This document shows positions 1 through 6,632 of a stretch of 38,394 nt of DNA, piece after piece. The notes below the pieces were generated by a model that was not told the DNA's origin, ran no database searches, and saw only the letters and a program-made list of their open reading frames with translations. The stretch's first letter is position 1. Each line of letters opens with the position of its first letter. A program made the translations under genes and the position numbers. Origin of the DNA: a virus (taxonomy: Duplodnaviria; Caudoviricetes); the IMG/VR virus record IMGVR_UViG_3300031655_000016, positions 1 to 38,394 of that record; one strand, 5' to 3'.

Positions 1-151
1 GGTACTAATGCACTCCCTTCTTTCGGTCTTATATGATACAAATTGTTTAACCGCCAAGTACGGCTCTTAATTAGTTGTACTAGGTTCGTTCCCGTCTTTT
101 TTGTCACTATTTATCCTTGAGTTATAGTCGAAGCCTGATTTTTTATCTTGA
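1..151. repeat. Terminal overlap, left copy; indicates a circular or circularly permuted complete genome
   Basis: 1-151 equals 38244-38394 except G127/A38370, which is synonymous (GAC/GAT) in terS. The repeat cuts through terS/terL. Confidence 0.95.
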
Positions 152-447
152 ATTTGTAGCATAGCTTCAGCGATTGGGTTCATAGAGTTCTCTATACTCT
201 GACTTTCAACCTGTATCTGTTTAACTTCTGGGTAAACAAGACGCATTACCTTCAACACTATGTCAGTTTTTACCTTTACAGGGGTATCTATGTCTCTAAA
301 TATAGCGATAGCTTCCTTCAAAGGTTCAAAGTTTAGTTTGTTTAGTACTTCGCCTACCATTCGGTTCTTATTGATGGTGTTCTTGGGCCTTCCCGGCCCT
401 GCTACGCCACCCTTAACAAACCTTTGCAACTTATTATCTTCTTCCAT
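67..447 (-). CDS. terS: Terminase small subunit
   Basis: N-terminal RF.KG..G.GRPK motif typical of TerS; overlaps the terL start across the junction. Confidence 0.75.
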   Translation of the reverse strand: MEEDNKLQRFVKGGVAGPGRPKNTINKNRMVGEVLNKLNFEPLKEAIAIFRDIDTPVKVKTDIVLKVMRLVYPEVKQIQVESQSIENSMNPIAEAMLQIQDKKSGFDYNSRINSDKKDGNEPSTTN

Positions 448-751
448 CTGGAGTTACCTTATCATGTGGTGGTTTAGGAAGACTAATCCTATACCAAAAT
501 GACTTATGTCTAATGAACTGCGGACTATGTATATCATATATCGAATAGCAGTGGTTGTCATCTGATTTGAATACCATCTCAGAACTAGACCTTGTTTTAA
601 AGGAACATGGTACTGGGTTTGAATGGTAACTAACCTCTAGCCCAGACTCATGCTTGATTTGTATCTGTGTAGGTACTTCATTTACAGACCAATCGACCAT
701 CTTATCAGGCGATGGTACAACCAGCATAATCGTTATGATTATTTCATTCAT
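434..751 (-). CDS. Hypothetical protein with hydrophobic N-terminus
   Basis: ATG at 751 overlaps the upstream stop (ATGA); begins MNEIIITIMLVV. Confidence 0.6.
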   Translation of the reverse strand: MNEIIITIMLVVPSPDKMVDWSVNEVPTQIQIKHESGLEVSYHSNPVPCSFKTRSSSEMVFKSDDNHCYSIYDIHSPQFIRHKSFWYRISLPKPPHDKVTPDGRR

Positions 752-942
752 TTCTTCGGTCTGTCCATACCCATCTTCCATGTGGCTGCGCCACCAATAC
801 CTAACATGCCCCATGCAGACTCAGAGAAACTATGAAATCCAAACATTTGACACGCCATCATAGCCATACCGACACCCATCAATATATATGTCTTCTGACC
901 TTGAAATCTTTTATCTACAAACCCTATAATCAATTCAACCAT
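748..942 (-). CDS. Putative holin (two hydrophobic segments)
   Basis: GGAGG RBS before ATG 942; GQKTY followed by two TM-like stretches and a basic tail; adjacent to spanin-like genes. Confidence 0.55.
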   Translation of the reverse strand: MVELIIGFVDKRFQGQKTYILMGVGMAMMACQMFGFHSFSESAWGMLGIGGAATWKMGMDRPKK

Positions 943-954
943 GTTGTCCTCCAA

Positions 955-1173
955 TCATTCATTAGTATTACACTCAGATAATCTTTTTACCAGATCGTTC
1001 TCAAATTGCAAGCGTTCTTCCATCCAGATAGCAGATACGGCATAGTTACCGTCATCTAACAATTTCATATCACCGTCTTTCAGAAGAACTACCTTTCCTG
1101 CGCAGGCGTTTAAAGATACCAGCAATACTATGGACATCACGATTTGCCAATGCTTCCTTGATATCCACTTCAT
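955..1173 (-). CDS. Putative o-spanin (Rz1-like lipoprotein)
   Basis: Signal peptide MKWISRKHWQIVMSIVLLVS plus lipobox LNAC; overlaps 1070..1264 in another frame. Confidence 0.65.
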   Translation of the reverse strand: MKWISRKHWQIVMSIVLLVSLNACAGKVVLLKDGDMKLLDDGNYAVSAIWMEERLQFENDLVKRLSECNTNE

Positions 1174-1264
1174 TCTCTTTCCAAGTACGTTCGTGTTTTG
1201 CTTTAAATCTTCTTGTGATTGTTTCTCTAACCAACCCAAGTGCGTTTCCGATGAGACTCCACAT
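1070..1264 (-). CDS. Putative i-spanin (Rz-like)
   Basis: GGAG RBS, short hydrophobic N-terminus, charged helical body; its 3' half overlaps the lipoprotein gene as in Rz/Rz1 pairs. Confidence 0.5.
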   Translation of the reverse strand: MWSLIGNALGLVRETITRRFKAKHERTWKENEVDIKEALANRDVHSIAGIFKRLRRKGSSSERR

Positions 1265-1288
1265 GACGGCTCCAATTTATAGGGACAA

Positions 1289-1477
1289 CTACTCTGTTGC
1301 TGGTGGATCATCCTTTTTGGTAATGTAAACCATGTAGTCAGGATCATTTTCTTTATCCTTAAAGGTGTTAGTCATAACCAATAACTTAGTCTTATAGGTG
1401 AAATTACCACTAAAATAATCATTACCATTTTTATCTTTATTTTTCCAAAGACCACCTATCGGTACTAGTTCACTCAT
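1289..1477 (-). CDS. Small DUF736-like protein, possibly ssDNA-binding
   Basis: IGGLWKNKDKNGNDYFSG...PDY pattern; GGAG RBS; ATGA overlap with the upstream gene. Confidence 0.5.
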   Translation of the reverse strand: MSELVPIGGLWKNKDKNGNDYFSGNFTYKTKLLVMTNTFKDKENDPDYMVYITKKDDPPATE

Positions 1478-1913
1478 GTCTGTTCTCCTCCATGTTCGCT
1501 ATAGATTGTACACTCTTTCTAGGACGACCAACGGGTCGTTTAGTCGGTGGTGAATTAACCGCATAGTTAAACCCTTCTACTTCTTCTGCATTCCAATTGT
1601 CCATTCCTAAATCATTAAACTCTGGTAGGTGTTTGTCGTTCCAAACTAACATCATTAAATTAGCTAGAGCATGACCAATGTGATCTTCCTCACTCTTTCC
1701 TTGCATGAAAAGATTGATATGCCGTAAGGCATGGTTTACATAGACTGAATGCTTTAAACCTCTCTTCCAATTGTGATCTCCGTGATTGACTGCCCCTTCA
1801 TACATTGCCCTTGCTACGGCTTCAACGCCCTCTGCTGGGACTAGATCATATCGTACACCTTCAACATCCGCACTCCTAGTAGCCCCTGATTCATATGTCT
1901 TTTTTTCGGACAA
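1470..1913 (-). CDS. DUF5664 / dATP-dGTP diphosphohydrolase-N-like protein with C-terminal AT-hook-like motif
   Basis: SGATRS..RYDLVP...GA..HGDHNWKRG...HALRH...EDHIGHALAN; likely TTG start at 1913 after GGGGG; KRPVGRPRK near the C-terminus. Confidence 0.7.
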   Translation of the reverse strand: MSEKKTYESGATRSADVEGVRYDLVPAEGVEAVARAMYEGAVNHGDHNWKRGLKHSVYVNHALRHINLFMQGKSEEDHIGHALANLMMLVWNDKHLPEFNDLGMDNWNAEEVEGFNYAVNSPPTKRPVGRPRKSVQSIANMEENRHE

Positions 1914-1984
1914 GATACCCCCTTTGATCAATTTTTGATATATGGTTTTTGTTTTAATTTTTATATAATCAATCAATAATTAAT

Positions 1985-2000
1985 CATCCCCATAGGGATG
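1985..2000 (-). promoter_or_regulatory. Leader hairpin (possible pause or attenuator)
   Basis: CATCCC-TATG-GGGATG about 20 nt downstream of the predicted minus-strand start, followed by an A/T-rich run. Confidence 0.4.
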
Positions 2001-2027
2001 TAATATGTATGCTTTTTAATATTTTCG

Positions 2028-2056
2028 ATTATATCATTTTTTGAGATAAAAGTCAA
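2028..2056 (-). promoter_or_regulatory. Sigma70 promoter for the late (minus) arm
   Basis: Minus strand reads TTGACT-17 bp-TATAAT with a TGn extended -10. Confidence 0.85.
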
Positions 2057-2423
2057 GACTTTTGGTAAATAGTTTCGTTCTGAGGATGACATGTATTAAA
2101 TACGCTGTAATTCCCGCTTTTCGGGGTCATCATTCCCTAGAAACGATAAAGGGTGTTACTTTATAGATATATAACAATGATTCCCACGGTATATAACTAG
2201 GCAATAGAGTGTTTAATTACACAATGGGGTGAAGTCTAGGAATATACCAATGCATTAAACGATAAGGCCTATACCCATCTCAATCCTATTACCCCTAACC
2301 CTAATGATAACCTAGACTTATGCAATCCCTATAACACAGACTAACACACCTTATACGTTTAACAAACCTAAAGAAACGTGTCAATTAATCAACGCCTTTA
2401 AATACAACGACTTAGATCGATGC

Positions 2424-2623
2424 CGTCAAAATGATGACGCAACCGTCAAACGAATGTCGCTCTAACTCCAATGAAAACAACAACATCATCGAATACCGCC
2501 AAGCAAATGACACCGTCAAGGATCACCACTTACTCAGTATTATAAGATTTCTACACAATTTACACAGAACGGTGTAACTTTTTAACACTCTTGAGAAATG
2601 ACTCAACTGTCAAATGATTGACG
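2424..2623. promoter_or_regulatory. Array of YGTCA-N6-TGACR dyad sites (candidate enhancer/UAS)
   Basis: CGTCA-AAATGA-TGACG (2424), CGTCA-AACGAA-TGTCG (2444), CGCCA-AGCAAA-TGACA (2497), half site (2514), degenerate site (2588), TGTCA-AATGAT-TGACG (2608). Two pairs are spaced 20 bp. Confidence 0.7.
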
Positions 2624-2644
2624 ACAAAAAAGTTTAGCCTTTAA

Positions 2645-2657
2645 ACGCAATGAGTTG
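2645..2657 (+). promoter_or_regulatory. IHF-like site
   Basis: ACGCAATGAGTTG versus WATCAANNNNTTR, with an upstream A-tract (2626-2631). Similar sites at 2387 (AATCAACGCCTTT) and 2402 (ATACAACGACTTA). Confidence 0.5.
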
Positions 2658-2686
2658 CACTGATAAAATTAAATTGTCAACGGAAA

Positions 2687-2702
2687 TGGCACGTATCTGG
2701 CA
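2687..2702 (+). promoter_or_regulatory. Sigma54 (RpoN) -24/-12 promoter
   Basis: TGGCACG-TATC-TGGCA versus consensus TGGCACG-N4-TTGCW; exact GG-N10-GC spacing; intergenic, about 80 bp before an ATG with a strong RBS. Confidence 0.7.
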
Positions 2703-2784
2703 TTACAATTTTGTCAAACGGCCGAATCAATCTGGGTTGACCTAGGTTGACACCTTGGCCGTAACTATACTAAGGAGTATTACT

Positions 2785-3282
2785 ATGACTATGACACAAC
2801 ATGAGACAGAAATGGCAGTATGGAACAAAGAGTTAAAGGCTATAGGTATCAAGTTTAAAGATCAGCCACAAGCTATGTTTGACGCTATGCTATTGCATGG
2901 TAAATCTAAGCCTACTGAAAAGCCTATTGCTATTATGATCTCTAAGCATTTGGTGGTTAAGTTTCCTAAAGTAAAACAAACTAAGGACTCTGTTACCCAG
3001 AAGGATAAGCTATCTGGTGGCAACGTAAACATCTGCAATATTGATCCAGTAACAGGCAAGAATTTCCAAGCTATATACCAACCAATAACAGGCTTTGCAT
3101 ACTTCCTTGACGCTCTACACAATAGCGGTATGAATGACAAGCTATATGCAGAGCTTAAACAGGCTACAATCAATCACCTGCCCTTTACAAAGCACGGTAA
3201 GGGTAGCGTAAAAGATACGGACGTTAAGCTACTTGCGGACAACTCACCGTACACGATCAAAGATCTTGTAAACTGGAGCTAA
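2785..3282 (+). CDS. Orphan 165-aa basic protein in a monocistronic unit
   Basis: AAGGAG at 2772-2777, ATG at 2785, own terminator downstream; no family recognised. Confidence 0.8.
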   Translation: MTMTQHETEMAVWNKELKAIGIKFKDQPQAMFDAMLLHGKSKPTEKPIAIMISKHLVVKFPKVKQTKDSVTQKDKLSGGNVNICNIDPVTGKNFQAIYQPITGFAYFLDALHNSGMNDKLYAELKQATINHLPFTKHGKGSVKDTDVKLLADNSPYTIKDLVNWS

Positions 3283-3303
3283 CTCTTTAGTTTTAAACGC
3301 TTT

Positions 3304-3339
3304 AAACCCTATCGGCTTTGACGGCTGGTAGGGTTTTTT
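3304..3339 (+). terminator. Intrinsic terminator
   Basis: AAACCCTATCGGC / GCTGGTAGGGTTT stem (two G-U pairs) ending in a T6 run. Confidence 0.85.
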
Positions 3340-3607
3340 GCGTTTAGGGCTAATTACTACCCTGCGAATATATCAAAGGGCTTTAAACTTAGAGCCTTTT
3401 GACATGGTTGACATGGTATTGGAATCAATGCAGGGCGATTTCAAGGTGCATACAGGGCGTTATTATTATTTATTAGTACAATGGGCTAGGTCAACAGGGA
3501 ATAATCGATTGTACGGCATTTGAGCAAACGGATATACAGGTATAGGGTAATAGCATAGGTATAGTATAGCCATAGGTATAGGCATAGATATATACATTGA
3601 AGCGCAG

Positions 3608-3668
3608 GCGCATGTACGCACACACACGTACGCATACGCACACACGCACACGTACACACATGCGCATA
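3608..3668. repeat. Alternating purine-pyrimidine tract (Z-DNA-prone)
   Basis: 61 consecutive alternating R/Y bases, bounded by the inverted repeat GCGCATGT / ACATGCGC. Confidence 0.85.
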
Positions 3669-3800
3669 GGCGTAGGTGCAGGCATGCGTGCATGTTTAAT
3701 TCCCTGCGCTTAGAAATGATAGTCATTTGCCTATAGGTAGGTAGGTGGGTTGGGTACATGGTTAATTCCCATGCTTATTATTAACCACTAGGAGAGTACT

Positions 3801-3905
3801 ATGGAGTCATTAAACCTGATGGATGTAGCAGTATATGTATGGTTTTCAGTAGTCATAGGCTTTATAATAGCCTGTTGTATGGCTATATTTATAGACGATA
3901 ACTAA
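3801..3905 (+). CDS. 34-aa single-TM early protein (not in the ORF track)
   Basis: AGGAG RBS; MESLNLMDVAVYVWFSVVIGFIIACCMAIFIDDN. Confidence 0.7.
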   Translation: MESLNLMDVAVYVWFSVVIGFIIACCMAIFIDDN

Positions 3906-3916
3906 GGAGATACACT

Positions 3917-4078
3917 ATGGACATAGTAAAATTAGTACATAATGCTTTGGGTAATTCCCCAACTAAGAAGAAGACCACTAGGTATAGTAGATATAGTGGC
4001 ATTATAAATATAGGTCGTAAGAGTACCCCTACTGTAATGCTTAAAGATCCATACACAGGGAGGTGGTATAAACCTTAA
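3917..4078 (+). CDS. 53-aa basic early protein (not in the ORF track)
   Basis: TAAGGAG RBS; MDIVKLVHNALGNSPTKKKTTRYSRY...DPYTGRWYKP. Confidence 0.7.
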   Translation: MDIVKLVHNALGNSPTKKKTTRYSRYSGIINIGRKSTPTVMLKDPYTGRWYKP

Positions 4079-4259
4079 TCATACGGGTACATTCATACAA
4101 AGACTTGCCTACTCCCATAATAAGACCTAAGAGGCACATTGGGTACGGGCATGGTATGGGTGTACCTTAATCATACGGGGTGCGTTCACTCTATCTATAA
4201 GACTATACACCCGCAACTTGTAGTGGGGGCGTGGGTACACGGTCTTGGTGGATGCACCC
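4072..4259 (+). ncRNA. Two tandem ~92-nt structured elements
   Basis: ACCTTAATCATACGGG at 4072 and 4164; each unit is closed by a 13-bp stem with compensatory and wobble-compatible differences. Confidence 0.55.
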
Positions 4260-4281
4260 TGTTATTAATTACCGTAACTAT

Positions 4282-4425
4282 ATGAAAAGAATAATATATG
4301 CAGATGTACTTATACGCATAGGCTTTGCGTGTGGGGTAGGGGTAGGGGTAGGTATAGGTATAGTATATACACTACTAAACCTAGGCTGTTTACAGATATG
4401 CTCATACTTAATTAGAAGCTTATAA
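4282..4425 (+). CDS. Possible small hydrophobic protein overlapping a (GGGGTA)3 repeat
   Basis: Fills the gap, but has no clear RBS and is low complexity. Confidence 0.3.
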   Translation: MKRIIYADVLIRIGFACGVGVGVGIGIVYTLLNLGCLQICSYLIRSL

Positions 4426-4440
4426 AGGAGGTTAATTCCC

Positions 4441-4647
4441 ATGACTGTACTATTACTATTAGCAGGACTAACCTTGGGTATGTACCAGTATGAACCTAGT
4501 TGGTTTGATACACGAATACATTACTACACCCAAACTTACGATACTAAAGAGCAATGTCAGGCAGCAAAAGCAGAGGTATTATTCCCAGAAGTCAACAAGA
4601 AAGGTGCTGTATGTACCGATCATAATGCGTTATACTTAACCCACTAA
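4441..4647 (+). CDS. Small exported or membrane-anchored early protein
   Basis: AAGGAGG RBS; hydrophobic N-terminus; two Cys. Confidence 0.75.
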   Translation: MTVLLLLAGLTLGMYQYEPSWFDTRIHYYTQTYDTKEQCQAAKAEVLFPEVNKKGAVCTDHNALYLTH

Positions 4648-4658
4648 GGAGAGATACA

Positions 4659-5036
4659 ATGTGCTGTTCACGTACTACAAGTATGAAGGAATCCCTTCGT
4701 AATCTTAAGGGAGTAGAGAGTGCTAGGAAGTTAGATAATAATACCTATGAAGTAATATACAAGGATGGGTGTAGAGCTATACGGTTACATCGTACTGACA
4801 TAGTTACATTCAGACCTGATGGTAAGTTTGCTATTAATTCTGGTGGATGGCAGACACGTACCACTAAGCATAGGATTAATAAGTATTGTAGGACTATACA
4901 AGTGTGGTCATCAAAGAAGAAATGGTATGTAAGTAGAGCAGGATCAGACTGTGCAGATATGCCATGCCTTGAAACGGTAGATTATAACGACCACATGATG
5001 TTCTATTCAGATGGTGCATTTGATACGCAATCATAA
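4659..5036 (+). CDS. Conserved-looking phage early protein
   Basis: AAGGAG RBS; LHRTDI...SGGWQTRTTKHRIN pattern familiar from phage early regions. Confidence 0.75.
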   Translation: MCCSRTTSMKESLRNLKGVESARKLDNNTYEVIYKDGCRAIRLHRTDIVTFRPDGKFAINSGGWQTRTTKHRINKYCRTIQVWSSKKKWYVSRAGSDCADMPCLETVDYNDHMMFYSDGAFDTQS

Positions 5037-5048
5037 TCAAGGAGAGAG

Positions 5049-5186
5049 ATGAACGACAACCAAAAGGCAGAGTATATACACTACGTATTAGAACACATGC
5101 TTGAGCTAAGAGATGACGAAGATCAGATCTTAGTGTTAGTTGCACTACGGTTTTTTGAAGAGATACAACCTAAGAATAATAACTAA
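5049..5186 (+). CDS. 45-aa acidic protein (not in the ORF track)
   Basis: AAGGAG RBS; MNDNQKAEYIHYVLEHMLELRDDEDQIL... Confidence 0.7.
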   Translation: MNDNQKAEYIHYVLEHMLELRDDEDQILVLVALRFFEEIQPKNNN

Positions 5187-5198
5187 GGAGATAATACT

Positions 5199-5513
5199 AT
5201 GTTAGATACAGAACTAATAGAGACATACAAGGTGCAACAAATGAAACACTTCCTTGAGTACTGGATGAAGATATGTCCCGAACATACCATGTCTATACGT
5301 GACGGTGTATTACATGATGGAAGTGCATTGGTTATTAATATACCTGCATCATTTGCTAAGAAGATTAGGTTCAATTCCCCTGTATCAGAGATCAAGGTTA
5401 AGAATGTATACCATGATGCTGATGAAGCTAACAGGGAACGTATGTTAGAGGTACAAATAGAACATGATGAACTACGTGCTAACGCAGATAAGATAAGGGA
5501 TTACCAAGGGTAA
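5199..5513 (+). CDS. Hypothetical early protein
   Basis: TAAGGAG RBS; co-directional packing. Confidence 0.75.
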   Translation: MLDTELIETYKVQQMKHFLEYWMKICPEHTMSIRDGVLHDGSALVINIPASFAKKIRFNSPVSEIKVKNVYHDADEANRERMLEVQIEHDELRANADKIRDYQG

Positions 5514-5521
5514 GGAGGATC

Positions 5522-5668
5522 GGGTGGATCTGCACTCTCCTTAGTAGCCAGACCCATGCTGACAGGGGCTATAAATGCCTACTATGCTTAAGACAATGAC
5601 GCACCATCGGAGTCTACGAACTTTTCATTGCGTTAGTCTTACGTCAACCCCGTAGAGTAGATCCACTC
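5522..5668 (+). ncRNA. ~147-nt multi-stem structured element
   Basis: Closing stem GGGTGGATCT..ACTCT / AGAGT-AGATCCACTC; inner stems TAGCC/GGCTA and TAAGAC..TGACGCA / TGCGTTA-GTCTTA; intergenic. Confidence 0.6.
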
Positions 5669-5769
5669 ATGTAGTGATGGATAAGTACGGACTAATAGTA
5701 GGAAGTCAGCACCTTATTAATTCCCATAGGACATTTGCAGTACCGATGATGTCCTGTAGAAAGGATTAT

Positions 5770-6033
5770 ATGAAAACACATTATGGAATCAGAGTAATCA
5801 ATACAAGCCAGTACATCCTTAAGTTCCATATCCCAGTACCATTATGTCGTCCTAGTACTAAACATGGAGAACGCTATAAATTTGGTGCAGTACCAGATTG
5901 CAAGCCATGTAAGGATAGATTAGAACAAGAAGGTGGTGAAGATAATTTATGTATTACTATTAAGTATCCTACAGAGGACAAGTATCTAGAACCATACTTA
6001 AAAGGAGGTGGATATGGAATACAGAGACTTTGA
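5770..6033 (+). CDS. Hypothetical Cys-containing protein
   Basis: AAGGA RBS before ATG 5770; CKPC motif. Confidence 0.65.
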   Translation: MKTHYGIRVINTSQYILKFHIPVPLCRPSTKHGERYKFGAVPDCKPCKDRLEQEGGEDNLCITIKYPTEDKYLEPYLKGGGYGIQRL

Positions 6034-6307
6034 AGACATACTACATGAGTTGCTTGTGTGTTGGTGTCGTGAGGTTGACATAGATATTACTAACAAGAGA
6101 CACCTACCACATAAAGATGTTGATAAATTTATAGATGATGTGGGTACTTATGCATCTTACTTATTTTCTGCAGGAGATAGAGATGCTATGGATCAAGCCT
6201 ACATGGACACAGATGTTGCAAGAGAAATCAAAGAGAAAACAATAAGAAAATTCACACTAATCCAAGGAGGTAAGAAGGATGAGCCAGAAGATGACGTTAT
6301 CAACTAA
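6014..6307 (+). CDS. Hypothetical acidic protein
   Basis: AGGAGG RBS; FTLIQGGKK motif near the C-terminus. Confidence 0.7.
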   Translation: MEYRDFEDILHELLVCWCREVDIDITNKRHLPHKDVDKFIDDVGTYASYLFSAGDRDAMDQAYMDTDVAREIKEKTIRKFTLIQGGKKDEPEDDVIN

Positions 6308-6632
6308 GACAATAACAGATTTAAACTTTAACCTACGTGCTTTCCGTGAAGAGTTCCAATCAACTAGACCTCTACTACCAGAAGAGACACGCATGTTTAC
6401 CTATGATAAATCATACTTTAGTGAAGGTGGCAACATACGGTGGGCTGCTGTAACTGAGCCAGTTAAGGTAAGACTAAGAAAATTTGGGTTGCCTATATAT
6501 GAGCGAAGGGCAGAGGTATTGTGTGACCAGATAAGGAAAACTAAGGAAGAAATCATTGCTCTTGGTGGCATACCAGATGGGTATGAGAAGGTAACAAGAG
6601 ATTATAATCTTAAAGAGGATGGTCACCTATGA
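6279..6632 (+). CDS. Hypothetical protein
   Basis: Purine-rich RBS region; overlaps both neighbours. Confidence 0.7.
   Translation: MSQKMTLSTKTITDLNFNLRAFREEFQSTRPLLPEETRMFTYDKSYFSEGGNIRWAAVTEPVKVRLRKFGLPIYERRAEVLCDQIRKTKEEIIALGGIPDGYEKVTRDYNLKEDGHL

Noticed and set aside
1-151. Biological direct terminal repeat
   Set aside because: It splits the terminase genes and has a read-like length, so assembly overlap is more likely.
1470-1913. 2-aminoadenine (Z) genome pathway
   Set aside because: No purZ, HD-family dATPase or phage DNA polymerase is recognisable; this domain alone is insufficient.
2747-2771. Sigma70 promoter TTGACA...TATACT for gene 2785
   Set aside because: The spacer is only 13 bp and the start would fall on the RBS.
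3338-3759. ORFs 3338..3523, 3466..3759 and 3491..3685
   Set aside because: The VCVCA/RVRV peptides are by-products of the alternating tract, and none has a convincing RBS.
4072-4259. CRISPR mini-array
   Set aside because: Only two 16-bp repeats, spacers too long and self-pairing, and no cas genes; kept as structured RNA instead.
5522-5668. tRNA or tmRNA
   Set aside because: No TTC T-loop arm, no cloverleaf spacing and no tag reading frame.
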